IMG/VR virus record: IMGVR_UViG_3300028832_000100
DNA: 64,000 nt
Reading direction: 5' to 3' (one strand)
Source of the DNA: a virus
Lineage: Duplodnaviria > Caudoviricetes
Shown: one piece after another, positions 47,314-57,734 of the stretch
How the letters are laid out: each line of letters begins with the position of its first letter
Position numbering within the stretch: position 1 is the first letter of the stretch
Program-made: the position numbers and the translations under genes
The notes under the pieces: generated by a model
What the model saw: the letters and a program-made list of their open reading frames with translations, nothing else
What the model was told of the DNA's origin: nothing
Database searches by the model: none

Positions 47314-49863
47314 TTTTTATCCTCCTTTTATTTTTATTTTTTCTATTATATATAAAAAATCTAACAGGACAACAAATAAAAAATGTCCAAGAAATATTTT
47401 TATTTTGCGAGTAAATGTTGACGATCCAGATATGGGATCAACGATTGATTCCAGAGCCTCATTTATTTTTATCCTCCAACTCTTTAATACGATTTTCGAG
47501 TAATTTGGTCTTGCTTTCAAGTTCATTGATCTTGCTTTCAAGTTCAGAAGAGTCTTTTATATCTGCAATAAAACCTGCAATGATCCAGATACTGATACAA
47601 ATCAAGAACTCGATTGCAGATGGTTTATCAAGAGGCTCGCCAGTAAATACTGGTGCAACGATTGCACAAATAATAAATACTATCGTCATAAATTTGCATA
47701 CAGTAGAATTGCCACTCATTTTAATACCACTTCCTTATATTTAGACCGAGCGTAAGAAACGCTTCCATAGCATTAGTATGCTTAATGTCTTCCTCGATGT
47801 ATTTACGAACTGTTTCTTCAGTAAGATTTTTTCCCTCAAGAAGTTTGTCCACCATTGCTTGCAAAATTAGCCCTTCTTTTTCAAGACTTTCTACTTCTGC
47901 CTTATATTTATTTACTTCTCCTTCAAGAGTATGGATATACTCAGCAAGACGCTTATTTTCTTTTACAAGTTTGAGATTATCATTGTAGAAGCACTTCTCA
48001 CGAGCTGTAAGTCCTTTTTTAGACACTATTAAATGATCTCCTTTATATTCCATTTACTTAGCAAATTACTTTAAAATATTTAAGAGTTTTATAATTCCAG
48101 CCTCTATTGATAGCTTCCGCTTGAGCAAGAATCAGAGCCTCCTCATAACTAAAAGCACTAGTATAAATCGATCCTGATTCAAAAGCAAATTCATAATGAG
48201 TCATTTTCATAAATCTTCATTTCCTTTCTGCCTTCTTCAATTCTTTAATCTTTCTTTCAAGTTCCTCGACACGATCCTCGAATGAACTTGCAATCATTGC
48301 TGCAACTCCTCCAAGGACTGTTGCAATTACCGAGAGAACGATACCCAAAACACCGTGTTCGTGAAGCACACATTCCCAAGATAACGCATAAATAACCGCT
48401 GCGATAAAGAAAAGCACTACAGATTTCATTTTATCTCTCCTTATTTCTTCAAGAGTTTTTGTCATTCTTCTGCTCTTCAGTCCTTGGGTAGCACACTCTG
48501 TCTTCCCATCCATCTTTCGACAGAACCCGATATCTTAATTCCCATCTCTGTTCTTTCATTTTTTCTTTCTTCCTTTCCTTAGCATAACAATCAATTGAGC
48601 TATTGACATAACGAGAATGAGGAAGGAAAAATTTCCCCTCTCCACCATCTCTTTTAGAATCATGCGAAAGAACTCAGTCACTACTTTCTACTTCCTTACT
48701 TCTTCATAAACCAGTCTTTTGATGTGTGATCCATGATCTTACTTTCAAATGCATCATAGACTGCCTTGCTTATGTACTGCCAATACCCTTCATCGTATAC
48801 TGTGATATAAATATTGTCAGTGCCGTCATATATACGCTCTCTCACGCCAAAATATTTCAACCCATCTTTGAAAACACGAGGATCATTCAGAAACTTTTCC
48901 GTAGGTTCACTCGGATCCACATGGATGAAACTGTATGTGGTAAGAAATTTATCCTCGTTATAACTTTTATGAAAATTAGGATCGTAAGCTTCCATGATAT
49001 ATACTCCTATCAATAAAGAATTCCTTTAATAGAGTTTCTCAGTTCCTCAACATCCTCACTGGTCATGTTAGTTTCGTAGTGACCGTTAGGAAGATAATTC
49101 AAGGTGCCTTCCACATCTAACTGACTACGAAGATCCTCGTATTCAGAAGGTGCGGTATCTCTGAAATCATATGGATGATTTTCCATTTTGGAGTCCCAGT
49201 CGATAAACTGACTGGAATACTGAGTAGCAGGTTCTCCTGTCTTCATGTAGACCTTAACACCATCTGTAACGATGAGCTTGTAGCACTTCTTCATCTGTTC
49301 AGGTGTAAAGACCTTATCTCGAATCTCATAAGAGTAGCACTGCCAGTACTCTCCATCCCATGTAGCTCCGAATGCATGAGCGTATCCTCCAGACCATCCA
49401 CCGCAGAATACCCAGATCTCTTGACCATTCTCAATAGCCTTATCGAAGTCTTCTTCTTTGATAAGAACGACTCGACCGTTCTCAAATACCTCAGGAATGT
49501 ACTTACTCATTTTTCTTTCTCCTTCTTACACTTATTTGTATTGTTCAAACTTTGTGATAACAGAAAACACGAGAACAGGTTCCCCGTCAATAATTTCAAT
49601 ATTGACATAATGTACTTCTGCTTCGGTTTCGCGTGAGAATTGATATCCAATCAGATCACTTACTTTACCGAAGAATTTCTCTTTGCCATTCTGCTTTTGA
49701 CTAAGATCATAATCGTTGTCATAGTCAACGATCTTAACCTTTGATTTCGGATTGGTGGCATAAAGGATAGTCTGTACTGCTACTGCATTTGCGATTCTTT
49801 TCATTTTCTTTTCCCCTTTTCTTTTTTTGGTTTTCAGAGGTCTCCTTCCTCGATTACAATAAT

Positions 49864-49892
49864 ATTATAACATATTTTACCCGATTTGTCAA
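49864..49892 (-). promoter_or_regulatory. sigmaA promoter
   Basis: TAGTTGACA-17bp-TATAAT with TG extension. Confidence 0.8.
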
Positions 49893-49897
49893 CTATA

Positions 49898-49936
49898 AAA
49901 AAAGAAAAAGGGTGAGAAAAATATTCTCACCCTTTT
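49898..49936 (-). terminator. Intrinsic terminator
   Basis: AAAAGGGTGAGAA-N6-TTCTCACCCTTTT followed by a T run. Confidence 0.7.
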
Positions 49937-50815
49937 GTAAAGCACTCTCTGATGTCAAGCCATTTGTCTGTAAGGATATTTCCAATAATATGGATCGTGG
50001 CGTTCCTGCTTTCTTTCTTAACCCGAATGTATTTACCGACAAGATCATCCCAATCGGAAACTCCAACCAAATCCATGATACGCATCATAGCAACAAGACC
50101 GTTACCATTACTTTCAAAGGTATCTTTATCCGCGCCGACATAACCATGCCCGATACACCATCCACCAAGTCCTTGACATGATCCACCATAGTCAAGAAAT
50201 ATCCAGAAAGTCAAGCATCCATGGTCTGCCATCGATATTTTAACACTTGTTATTTTTGCGTTCTCAATAATGTAAGTGTCTTCCATTTCCATCACCTTTC
50301 CATTACCGTGTATCCAAAAGGAACTTTTCCGTCAACAATACTCTCCCAATGCTTTAAAACATCCGGGTGAACATACTCCTTTGTATTAAGAAGTTCTTTT
50401 GCTTTTTTCTGGAGATTACTCCATGTATTGCTGGAAATTACTTTTTCAAAGTCGTGTTCATATTGTGGGTAAAGCATTTTTTCATAGTTTACAAGTCTTG
50501 CCCCCACTTCAAATTTATTTTGTTCCCAACCCTGTATGAAATCCCACTTGACAAGCGATCCCTGAAATCCTGTGATGCCACCCTGCGAACTGCGTTCAAC
50601 TGCCCAAGCAGCCCCACAGGCAGCCGCAGCGATTGCCCTGACGATAGTTCCATAGTCGTGAGTATAATCATTGATTAAATGATTAATGAACGCACCTATT
50701 GTTTCCGGCGTTTGCTTTCCTGCTTCTTCAAGCCATTCATCTCGAAGTTTCAGTTCCATTTCTTGTTCTTTTTCTGTTGCTTCAATATTAGCCATTACTA
50801 CACTCCTTTACATAC

Positions 50816-51886
50816 TTACTGTACGATTTTTACATTATCGCCGTCGAAAGAATCATATAGTTTTATGGTATGGTTTTTTAGATAATCCCATATTACCGTC
50901 CATTCATTTATGTCCTTCAATAACTTCTTAATGAGGTATTCATTTGGTTTATCTGGAAGCTCTGTTTTTTCTCCTGCCACTTGAAGACGGTTTTCATACT
51001 CTCTTATCATCTCCATGAATTCATTTGTCGGTGTTGTTTCATCTTTCAGATATTTTCCATTACGAATATCCATGAGAAGGTCATGATCTTTTTCTCTGTA
51101 GGTAATAATTTCTCCCTTTTCGAGAATATCGAAAGCCATCAAATACAGACGGACAAGATGCATCATGTGTTTTGCCAGTTTTCCGTGCTCTATTGCGTGA
51201 TCGTTTCGGAAACTTCTTTTATAATCAGAGTGAACATCCAAAACAACCTGCGATAATTTTACAAAACTTTCCAGACCGAGATTCCCATTCAGTTCAAAAT
51301 GGGTTTCACCGCCTTGATTTTCTACTCTGACCTCATCTTTGATATATCCATCTCTACGGAGAGCAATTACTGCCTTCTGAACGGATCTTGTTTCATTATT
51401 GAGGGATTCATCCAACTCCCGACCGCTTTTGTTGCACAGTCTGTTTAACTGCGCCCTTGCATATCCACCGAAAGACCCAATGGCTCTCTTTGACAAGAAC
51501 AAATGTTTGTTGTTCAAGAGAATTTGCCCCTCTTCGGATATTTTAATATATTGATCCTTACGAAGACCAAGCATTTCGATTGTGTTTGGATTACAAGACA
51601 TAAGAAGTTTGATGATCTTGTCAAGAGAGTAGATCACCGTATCAGTTTCAGTATTGACAGACTGTTCCCAATCTCTACCTGTCAAGATATCGAATGAATC
51701 TCTTATCGCAATACCGCGAATATCAATATCAGATCCTTCAACATTCGTCCCATAGGCATGACTTCCACCCAATCCAAGAAGAATGATGTTGTCTCCAAGA
51801 ATGGGGTTAGTTTTCAGGAAATCATATTCTTTTGAGTCAATAAGTTTTTTGAAATCAACCATTTTTTGTTTCGTCGTCGTATCCAA
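50816..51886 (-). CDS. Pol-beta-family nucleotidyltransferase (YcgL/RlaP-like)
   Basis: GGSHAYGT-SDIDIRG...NPNTIE...K-MMHLVRL...IRNG. Confidence 0.8.
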   Translation of the reverse strand: MDTTTKQKMVDFKKLIDSKEYDFLKTNPILGDNIILLGLGGSHAYGTNVEGSDIDIRGIAIRDSFDILTGRDWEQSVNTETDTVIYSLDKIIKLLMSCNPNTIEMLGLRKDQYIKISEEGQILLNNKHLFLSKRAIGSFGGYARAQLNRLCNKSGRELDESLNNETRSVQKAVIALRRDGYIKDEVRVENQGGETHFELNGNLGLESFVKLSQVVLDVHSDYKRSFRNDHAIEHGKLAKHMMHLVRLYLMAFDILEKGEIITYREKDHDLLMDIRNGKYLKDETTPTNEFMEMIREYENRLQVAGEKTELPDKPNEYLIKKLLKDINEWTVIWDYLKNHTIKLYDSFDGDNVKIVQ

Positions 51887-52223
51887 TGCGGGAATCGATG
51901 GTTTTTAAAATTTCATTTGCTTCTCTGGCAACTGATACACATTGATTTACAATATCGTGGATGCATTTTGGTTCAACCATTTCTTCTCTTTGTTCAATTT
52001 CATCTCCAAAAAGTTTGGCACGGATCAATTCAGCAGAATATTGAATATGAAGCAAACAAGAAAGAAGAATACTTGCATCACATTCAAGAGGGAGCATTTT
52101 TACATCACAGATGTCTTCCTCGTTATCTTCTGTAATGCTGTTTCCAGCATATTCACATGAATTAAGATTTTTTGTTGATTGCATATCTTCGTTACGGTAA
52201 TTCGTTACATGTCCATAAATCAT
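51855..52223 (-). CDS. Hypothetical protein
   Basis: Open frame, GGAGG RBS. Confidence 0.55.
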   Translation of the reverse strand: MIYGHVTNYRNEDMQSTKNLNSCEYAGNSITEDNEEDICDVKMLPLECDASILLSCLLHIQYSAELIRAKLFGDEIEQREEMVEPKCIHDIVNQCVSVAREANEILKTIDSRIGYDDETKNG

Positions 52224-52453
52224 TTATTAACATCCTCCTCGACTACAAAATATTTGATTTTGTTATAGATATCCTCTTTGCAGACACAGTACAGTTCTTC
52301 AAATTCTGTTGCATGAGCAACACCGAGGAACGATTTTGCGTCTACTCTCTTGTTACGATTATCCTCGATGTAAACAGGTGTTTTCACATCTGCAACAGCA
52401 AGAATGAAGTGACCGATGTCACTTACTGTATCAATTCTGATTCTTACTCTCAT
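52220..52453 (-). CDS. HPr-like small protein
   Basis: RVDAKSFLGV (HPr Ser46 motif); no His15 equivalent evident. Confidence 0.65.
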   Translation of the reverse strand: MRVRIRIDTVSDIGHFILAVADVKTPVYIEDNRNKRVDAKSFLGVAHATEFEELYCVCKEDIYNKIKYFVVEEDVNK

Positions 52454-52925
52454 TCTTTTTCATCCTCTTTCCCATCTTCCTTGATCGCGTCCATTGCGGC
52501 ACTATATGCTATTTGATAGAACCAAGCAACGATCCACCAGTAAATCTTCTCTAATACAAGAAGACTGATATAGATCCATGAAGGTGAAATCACCAACCCC
52601 CAAGACCAGTTAATGAATCCAACCATCCGTAATGCTACAAAAAGTGTCGTCAACAAAATAGACAATACTCCGAAATAATGTGGATATTTTAAGGTCATTC
52701 TTCAAGTTCCCCCTTAACAGAAATTTCATAGCGATGGCTATATCTACTCGGATAAACATTGATAGTTAATTTAACATTTGGATCATCTATGTAACCTAAA
52801 AGTTCATCTACCACAAAATAGATCTCATTGCAGACTTGTGTGTTGGCAATAGCGTAATTATTACCACTTTTTACCAAACCCGATTTCGGTACCTTTACAT
52901 AGTGAACAATTTCAAATTCTTTCAT
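52450..52925 (-). other. Two small hypothetical genes (52450..52698 membrane protein; 52695..52925)
   Basis: ATGA-coupled ORFs. Confidence 0.55.
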
Positions 52926-53351
52926 AATCGCTTTTCCTTATTCAAAATATTATTTAGTTCTTGTTCCGCTTCTTCTGCTGTTTCCGAATTGATGAGAATT
53001 CTCATAAGATCGAAATCGTCAATTTTAGAATTACAGTGTGCCAAGAAAACATTTTTGTACTTTATCAAGTATTTCTTCACTTCTGAAAAGTTAGGAATGT
53101 TTACTCTATCCATATTTTTCAAGACACTTTTGGGAATAGAGGGATTATCAGAAATTTCGATTGGTATTAAATTCCCATCTATATCAATCTTTATTCTGTT
53201 AGAACTATGTTTGTTTTTTCTGTTAGATCCGTTACTATCCACCCAGATATCATAAGGTAGTCCAGTTCTCGCCTTACGGATGTTAGCCATCTCAAACAGC
53301 ATTTCCTCTTCATCCAATCTATTAAGTTCTTCAAAAACAGAACTGTATTCC
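52922..53351 (-). pseudogene. Gene (…LFEMANIRKARTGLP…) whose ATG is split by the IS1341-like element; may still be expressed from an internal start
   Basis: Removing 53352-54848 joins AT+G into an ATG downstream of a GGGGGA RBS, in frame: MEYSSVFEELNRLDEEEMLFEMANI. Confidence 0.65.
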
Positions 53352-53477
53352 GTGAACTACCTTATGACTAAAGTCATAAAAGGCTTCCTACTTCACAGAC
53401 AGTTGCTTATAATATGTAAGTCTTATACCGTCTCCATAGGCTTAAATTCCCGTAGTTCCTACGGTACTAATTTATCT

Positions 53478-54581
53478 TTATATTCTTAATAGTCCTTCAT
53501 TGAGAATATTTGTTGCAGCGTTTATATCTCTATCATGCAAACAACCACAAGATGGACAATTCCAATGTCTTACAGATAAATTCTTCACTTCTATGTTTTT
53601 ATAACCACAATTAGAACAGATTTGGCTACTTGGAAAGAACTTATCAATTTTTATAATCTTTCTATTATGCCATTCTGCTTTATAAGATAACATTCTGACA
53701 AATTCAGACCAAGAAACATCCGAGATACTTTTTGCAAGTTTATGATTCATAACCATATTCGATACAGAAAGATCTTCTAAACAAATAATGCTGTTTTCTT
53801 TTATTAAATTTGTTGATAGTTTTTGTAAGAAATCATTTCTTTGATTGGAAATTTTTTCGTGCAGTCTTGCAACAAGAATTCTTGCCTTATTTCTATTTTT
53901 ACTTCCAATTGATTTTCTTGAAAGTCTTTTTTGAAGTAATGCAAGTTTCTTCTGTGACTTGTTAAAATATTTTGGGTTGCTTACTTTATCACCATCAGAT
54001 GTTATCAAAAAGTCTTTAAGTCCTAAATCAACGCCAATAGCAGACCCGGTATTCTCGTATTCTTCAATAATAGAGTTCTTACAATTTAGAGAAACAAAGT
54101 ATTTCCCACTACAGGTTCTTGATATTGTTGCTGAAAGTATTTTGCCACTTATTGGTAGGTTGTTTTTAGTCTTAACAAGACCTAATTTGGGCAATTTTAT
54201 ATGGCTGTCTAAATATGCTATTGAGTTTGAATTGTTGGTAGATGTGTATGATTGTTTACTATTCTTTTTACTCTTGAATTTAGGAAATCTTCCGTTTTTT
54301 GAAAAGAAGTTCTTATAATCGGAATCTAAATTTTTAAGAGAGTGCTGATAAGCAGTAGAGTCACAATCTTTCAACCAAGTCAGTTCGGATTTTAGCACCG
54401 TTAAGTCATTAGCGCACCTGTAATAATTAAATGACTCTCCATTTTCTTTGTATATATTTATCCTTTTATTGAGATAATAGTTATAAACAAATCTACAGCA
54501 CCCAAACATACATTCTATCTTTTGCTGCTGCTCTTTTTTTGGATAAATTCTATACTTAAAAGATTTTGTAACCTCTTTCAT
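53478..54581 (-). CDS. tnpB: TnpB RNA-guided nuclease
   Basis: [15 protein letters not shown]; RuvC GVDLG, CLEDL, RDINAA intact; CSNC/CPSC zinc finger. Confidence 0.92.
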   Translation of the reverse strand: MKEVTKSFKYRIYPKKEQQQKIECMFGCCRFVYNYYLNKRINIYKENGESFNYYRCANDLTVLKSELTWLKDCDSTAYQHSLKNLDSDYKNFFSKNGRFPKFKSKKNSKQSYTSTNNSNSIAYLDSHIKLPKLGLVKTKNNLPISGKILSATISRTCSGKYFVSLNCKNSIIEEYENTGSAIGVDLGLKDFLITSDGDKVSNPKYFNKSQKKLALLQKRLSRKSIGSKNRNKARILVARLHEKISNQRNDFLQKLSTNLIKENSIICLEDLSVSNMVMNHKLAKSISDVSWSEFVRMLSYKAEWHNRKIIKIDKFFPSSQICSNCGYKNIEVKNLSVRHWNCPSCGCLHDRDINAATNILNEGLLRI

Positions 54582-54715
54582 TTTTCTATGTTTTTAAGAT
54601 AATTCATAATTATGTTTCTGACGAAAGATGCAAGAGGTCTGCAATCCTCTTTAGCGAGTTCATTTAACTTTTCAATAATTTCTTCTTCGAGTTGAAGACC
54701 AATCATTTTTTTCAT
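54578..54715 (-). CDS. 45-aa ribbon-helix-helix (CopG/Arc-like) protein (not in ORF track)
   Basis: [45 protein letters not shown]; AAGGAG RBS; ATGA overlap with tnpB. Confidence 0.75.
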   Translation of the reverse strand: MKKMIGLQLEEEIIEKLNELAKEDCRPLASFVRNIIMNYLKNIEK

Positions 54716-54882
54716 AATATTATGCTCCTTTTTATATACTATTATAATTTAGCAGTATTTTTTACATAATATTATACAATTTTAATTTTTGCTTTTCAAA
54801 ACAAATTCATCACACGACTAAAGTCATGTGTCTTCTTTGATGAAAAGGATAAAATATTCCCCCAGTTGATATTTCTACACAT

Positions 54883-54911
54883 ATTATAGCACAAAAAAGT
54901 TAATTTGTCAA
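54883..54911 (-). promoter_or_regulatory. sigmaA promoter
   Basis: GTAGTTGACA-17bp-TATAAT with TG extension. Confidence 0.8.
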
Positions 54912-54956
54912 CTACGAAAAGAAAAATCCCCAAACATTTCTGTAAGGGGATCTATA

Positions 54957-55494
54957 TTAACTTTCCAAGAGTCTCTTTTTCGGCTTTTCTTCTTCGGTTT
55001 CTTTTGCTTTACAGTCTTCCGAATTTTCTTGTGTCTTTTTAAGATCTTCAACCTCTTTTTCAAGTGCTTCAAGTTTCTTCGATTTTTCTTGGCGGTCTTT
55101 AATAAGAGATTGAAGTCCATCAATAAGTTGGTTTGCGAGAGCGGGTGCACCGTTCTGAATAATCGCTACCATCGTGTCATACATCCATTGATTCATTTTC
55201 ATCTTCTCCTTGTGATTCGGCATTTAGCCATAATTTTATTACATCCAGATTATTTGGTGTCTTTTCAATATTGGGAAAGTAAATGCACTTATCGTTTATT
55301 TCACAATGAGTACATAGAACAGGTTCTCCATGAAATCCAAGTCCTTCAATCTTTTTCTCGATTGGCTCACAGTTATCACAATATTTATGTGAGAAATAGA
55401 TATTCCACGGAGCGGTATCAAAAGCACCGTATTGATCTAACCAATTAGCAAGTTCATCAATAGGTAAACTCTTCAGTCTTTCATAATTTGTCAT
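54957..55494 (-). other. Two small hypothetical genes (54957..~55196 coiled coil; 55177..55494 Cys-containing, MTNYERLK)
   Basis: Coupled ORFs with RBSs. Confidence 0.55.
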
Positions 55495-55506
55495 AGAACA
55501 ATCCTC

Positions 55507-56097
55507 TTACAAAGATTTCAGATATGAAATGAAATCATCCAATAATTCCTTGTCAAAATCAGACGCATACCCATATTTAGTAAGATCAGAATAATCTCTT
55601 TCTATACAGGAGAGTAAACCGATTGCATCCTTTTTTGTAATGGTAGCATTATTTGTTGTTCTTACATCATCATTGACATTTCTTACAAAATGGTCATAGT
55701 TAATGTAGGATTGTTGTCTAAGACCGATTTCTCTCCAATCCTCCATCTTGTACCTAAATTTAGACCTAAACCCATCCCCACCTGGAACAGTAGTGATTTG
55801 CATACCAATTACTTGTGGCTTTTCATTTGTGCCGGATTTGTATGCTACTACAATAGGTCTTCTTTTTGTTTTCTCTGCTTCATGCTGTACAGATGATTCA
55901 GCGTATATAACACTGCAAGGATATATCTTCCCCCAATTAACCGCGTCTATCCCCTCATTCAATTTTTTCTCATTAACCCAAGGATCAAGAATATCATCTT
56001 CTTCACGGATAATAAACCCATACTCATTTGGAATTTGATCCCCAAAATCTTCAATGAGGTTTAACTGTCGTAACGCTTCATGTGTATAATTCACCAT
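55507..56097 (-). CDS. PemK/MazF-like nuclease domain with N-terminal leader
   Basis: KTKRRPIVV...IGMQITT...GLRQQSYI pattern; leader MVNYTHEALRQLNLIED and KLNEG site. Confidence 0.6.
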   Translation of the reverse strand: MVNYTHEALRQLNLIEDFGDQIPNEYGFIIREEDDILDPWVNEKKLNEGIDAVNWGKIYPCSVIYAESSVQHEAEKTKRRPIVVAYKSGTNEKPQVIGMQITTVPGGDGFRSKFRYKMEDWREIGLRQQSYINYDHFVRNVNDDVRTTNNATITKKDAIGLLSCIERDYSDLTKYGYASDFDKELLDDFISYLKSL

Positions 56098-56119
56098 GAC
56101 ACTTCCTTTCTAAAAAGTG

Positions 56120-56194
56120 TGGAGCGAGTAGAGGGAATCGAACCCTCATCCGAGGTTTGGAAAACCCCTATAATAGCCATTATACGATACCCGC
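56120..56194 (-). tRNA. tRNA-Gly(TCC)
   Basis: Cloverleaf, encoded CCA. Confidence 0.9.
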
Positions 56195-56354
56195 GAGTAA
56201 GAGGTTTTTACATTGCCATCCCATGATTCAGAATGATTATCATCATACCTATTAAAGCTCTTACGGCTTATACAATGTCTGACGTAGGTAAAACCAGAAA
56301 AATCCTCGATTTCAAGCTACAATTTACTCCACAGCCCGTTCCGTGGACGAACGA

Positions 56355-56429
56355 TGGTTCCCCACAGAGGAGTCGGACCTCCGTCACAAGAGCCACAATC
56401 TTGGGTTCTACCGTTGAACTAGTGAGGGA
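56355..56429 (-). tRNA. tRNA-His(GTG), atypical acceptor end
   Basis: CAAGA-TTGTGGC-TCTTG anticodon arm; CCA; lacks G-1/C73. Confidence 0.75.
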
Positions 56430-56600
56430 ATATTGAAAGCTGTTTGGTCGCCTTACTACGGATTGGTACCTACCCGTTTTCACCTCTGATTATAACTTAA
56501 CCAGAACTCCCTTTACTTCTCGTTTCTAGGTTGAGATACGCATTCCTCTTTCTCTATACCGATTTCAGGCTTTAATGTCGTGGGAATGTTCTGCGAAAGC

Positions 56601-56676
56601 TGGTGTGCTCTCGGGGAGTCGAACCCCGGACACACGGATTAAAAATCCGCTGCTCTACCATCTGAGCTAATGGCAC
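56601..56676 (-). tRNA. tRNA-Lys(TTT)
   Basis: Cloverleaf, CCA; two acceptor-stem mismatches. Confidence 0.85.
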
Positions 56677-56683
56677 AAGGGAT

Positions 56684-56758
56684 TGGCACGGCGTACAGGA
56701 CTCGAACCCGTATTAGTAGGTCCGTAGCCTACTGTCCTCTCCGTTAGACGAACTCCGC
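56684..56758 (-). tRNA. tRNA-Arg(ACG)
   Basis: Cloverleaf, CCA. Confidence 0.88.
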
Positions 56759-56760
56759 AT

Positions 56761-56837
56761 TGGTGCTCGGTGTTGGTGTCGGACCAACATCCTCAGGTTT
56801 TTCAGACCTGCGCTCAGACCGCTTAAGCTAACCGAGC
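56761..56837 (-). tRNA. tRNA-Phe(GAA)
   Basis: Cloverleaf, CCA; T-loop TCCGACA variant. Confidence 0.85.
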
Positions 56838-56840
56838 AAG

Positions 56841-56914
56841 TGGCGGGGAATAAGAGAATTGAACTCCTGTAGCGAGGTTAACAGCCCCGTGCTAAACCAC
56901 TTAGCGAATTCCCC
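56841..56914 (-). tRNA. tRNA-Asn(GTT)
   Basis: Cloverleaf, CCA. Confidence 0.88.
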
Positions 56915-56998
56915 AACTAGCGCTTTTTCCTGCCGCGCTTCGCAGGCATTATTGGATAGTAGCGTTACACACTGACCATATCTTCAATAGAAGATGAA

Positions 56999-57086
56999 TG
57001 GCGGGGGATGAGGGACTCGAACCCCCACATCCGTTAGGATGAACGGTTTTCAGGACCGCTGCAGTACCAATTATGCTTAATCCCCC
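56999..57086 (-). tRNA. tRNA-Ser(TGA)
   Basis: Long variable arm, G73, CCA. Confidence 0.88.
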
Positions 57087-57089
57087 GTA

Positions 57090-57166
57090 TGGCGATCCGG
57101 ATGGGGGTCGAACCCACGACCTCTAGCGTGACAGGCTAGCGCTCTAACCAACTGAGCTACCGGACC
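57090..57166 (-). tRNA. tRNA-Asp(GTC)
   Basis: Canonical cloverleaf, CCA. Confidence 0.93.
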
Positions 57167-57170
57167 ATTA

Positions 57171-57246
57171 TGGTGGGGGCAATAGGACTTGAACCTATAG
57201 CCTTCTGTTTGTAGGACAGATGCTCTCCCAGCTGAGCTATACCCCC
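57171..57246 (-). tRNA. tRNA-Val(TAC)
   Basis: Cloverleaf, CCA. Confidence 0.9.
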
Positions 57247-57252
57247 CTTATA

Positions 57253-57329
57253 TGGCACGCCATGAGGGACTCAAACCCCCGGTCTGGTGCTTAGAAGGCA
57301 CCTGCATTATTCATCTATGCTAATGGCGC
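57253..57329 (-). tRNA. tRNA-Arg(TCT)
   Basis: Cloverleaf, CCA. Confidence 0.88.
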
Positions 57330-57333
57330 AAAT

Positions 57334-57410
57334 TGGTGTTCTCGGGTGGAATCGAACCACCACTCTCACGATTATCAGTCGCGAATTTTAGCCGATTAAA
57401 CTACGAGAAC
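57334..57410 (-). tRNA. tRNA-Ile(GAT)
   Basis: Cloverleaf, CCA. Confidence 0.88.
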
Positions 57411-57654
57411 ATCTGTATAGTGATTCATATAGATTAGTGGATCTGACCGTCTTTTTCCGGGATAGAAATAACCTCTGGTAAAAGTAAATCATATACACAA
57501 AAAGTCCCATTCCAATAGGGACAGTTGGTATTCGGTGCTTTACAAAACCTACATTCTAACATATTATGTCTCTCTTATCATATATACAATTAGATTACAT
57601 ACTTTTTTGTCAACAAAGATCATATTCATCTTACATTACTTTATGCAGATAATT

Positions 57655-57731
57655 TGGTGCCCCGTCGAGGTCTCGAACCTCGGACCTTCCGGTTATGAGC
57701 CGGTGGCTCTGACCAACTGAGCTAACGGGGC
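57655..57731 (-). tRNA. tRNA with CAT anticodon (elongator Met or Ile2)
   Basis: Cloverleaf, CCA; G1-C72 paired so not an initiator. Confidence 0.9.
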
Positions 57732-57734
57732 TTG

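Larger units (their letters stand above)
47459..50795 (-). other. Run of small hypothetical early genes (47459..47719, 47721..48053, 48217..48429, 48696..49013, 49010..49510, 49532..49804, 49927..50295, 50292..50795)
   Basis: Tightly packed minus-strand ORFs with RBSs; no recognisable motifs. Confidence 0.55.
53352..54848 (-). mobile_element. IS200/IS605-family (IS1341-like) element: RHH gene + tnpB, no tnpA
   Basis: Subterminal GACTTTAGTC hairpins at both ends (~54812-54830, ~53363-53380); right end GTAGTTCAC; preceded by TTTAT. Confidence 0.8.
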
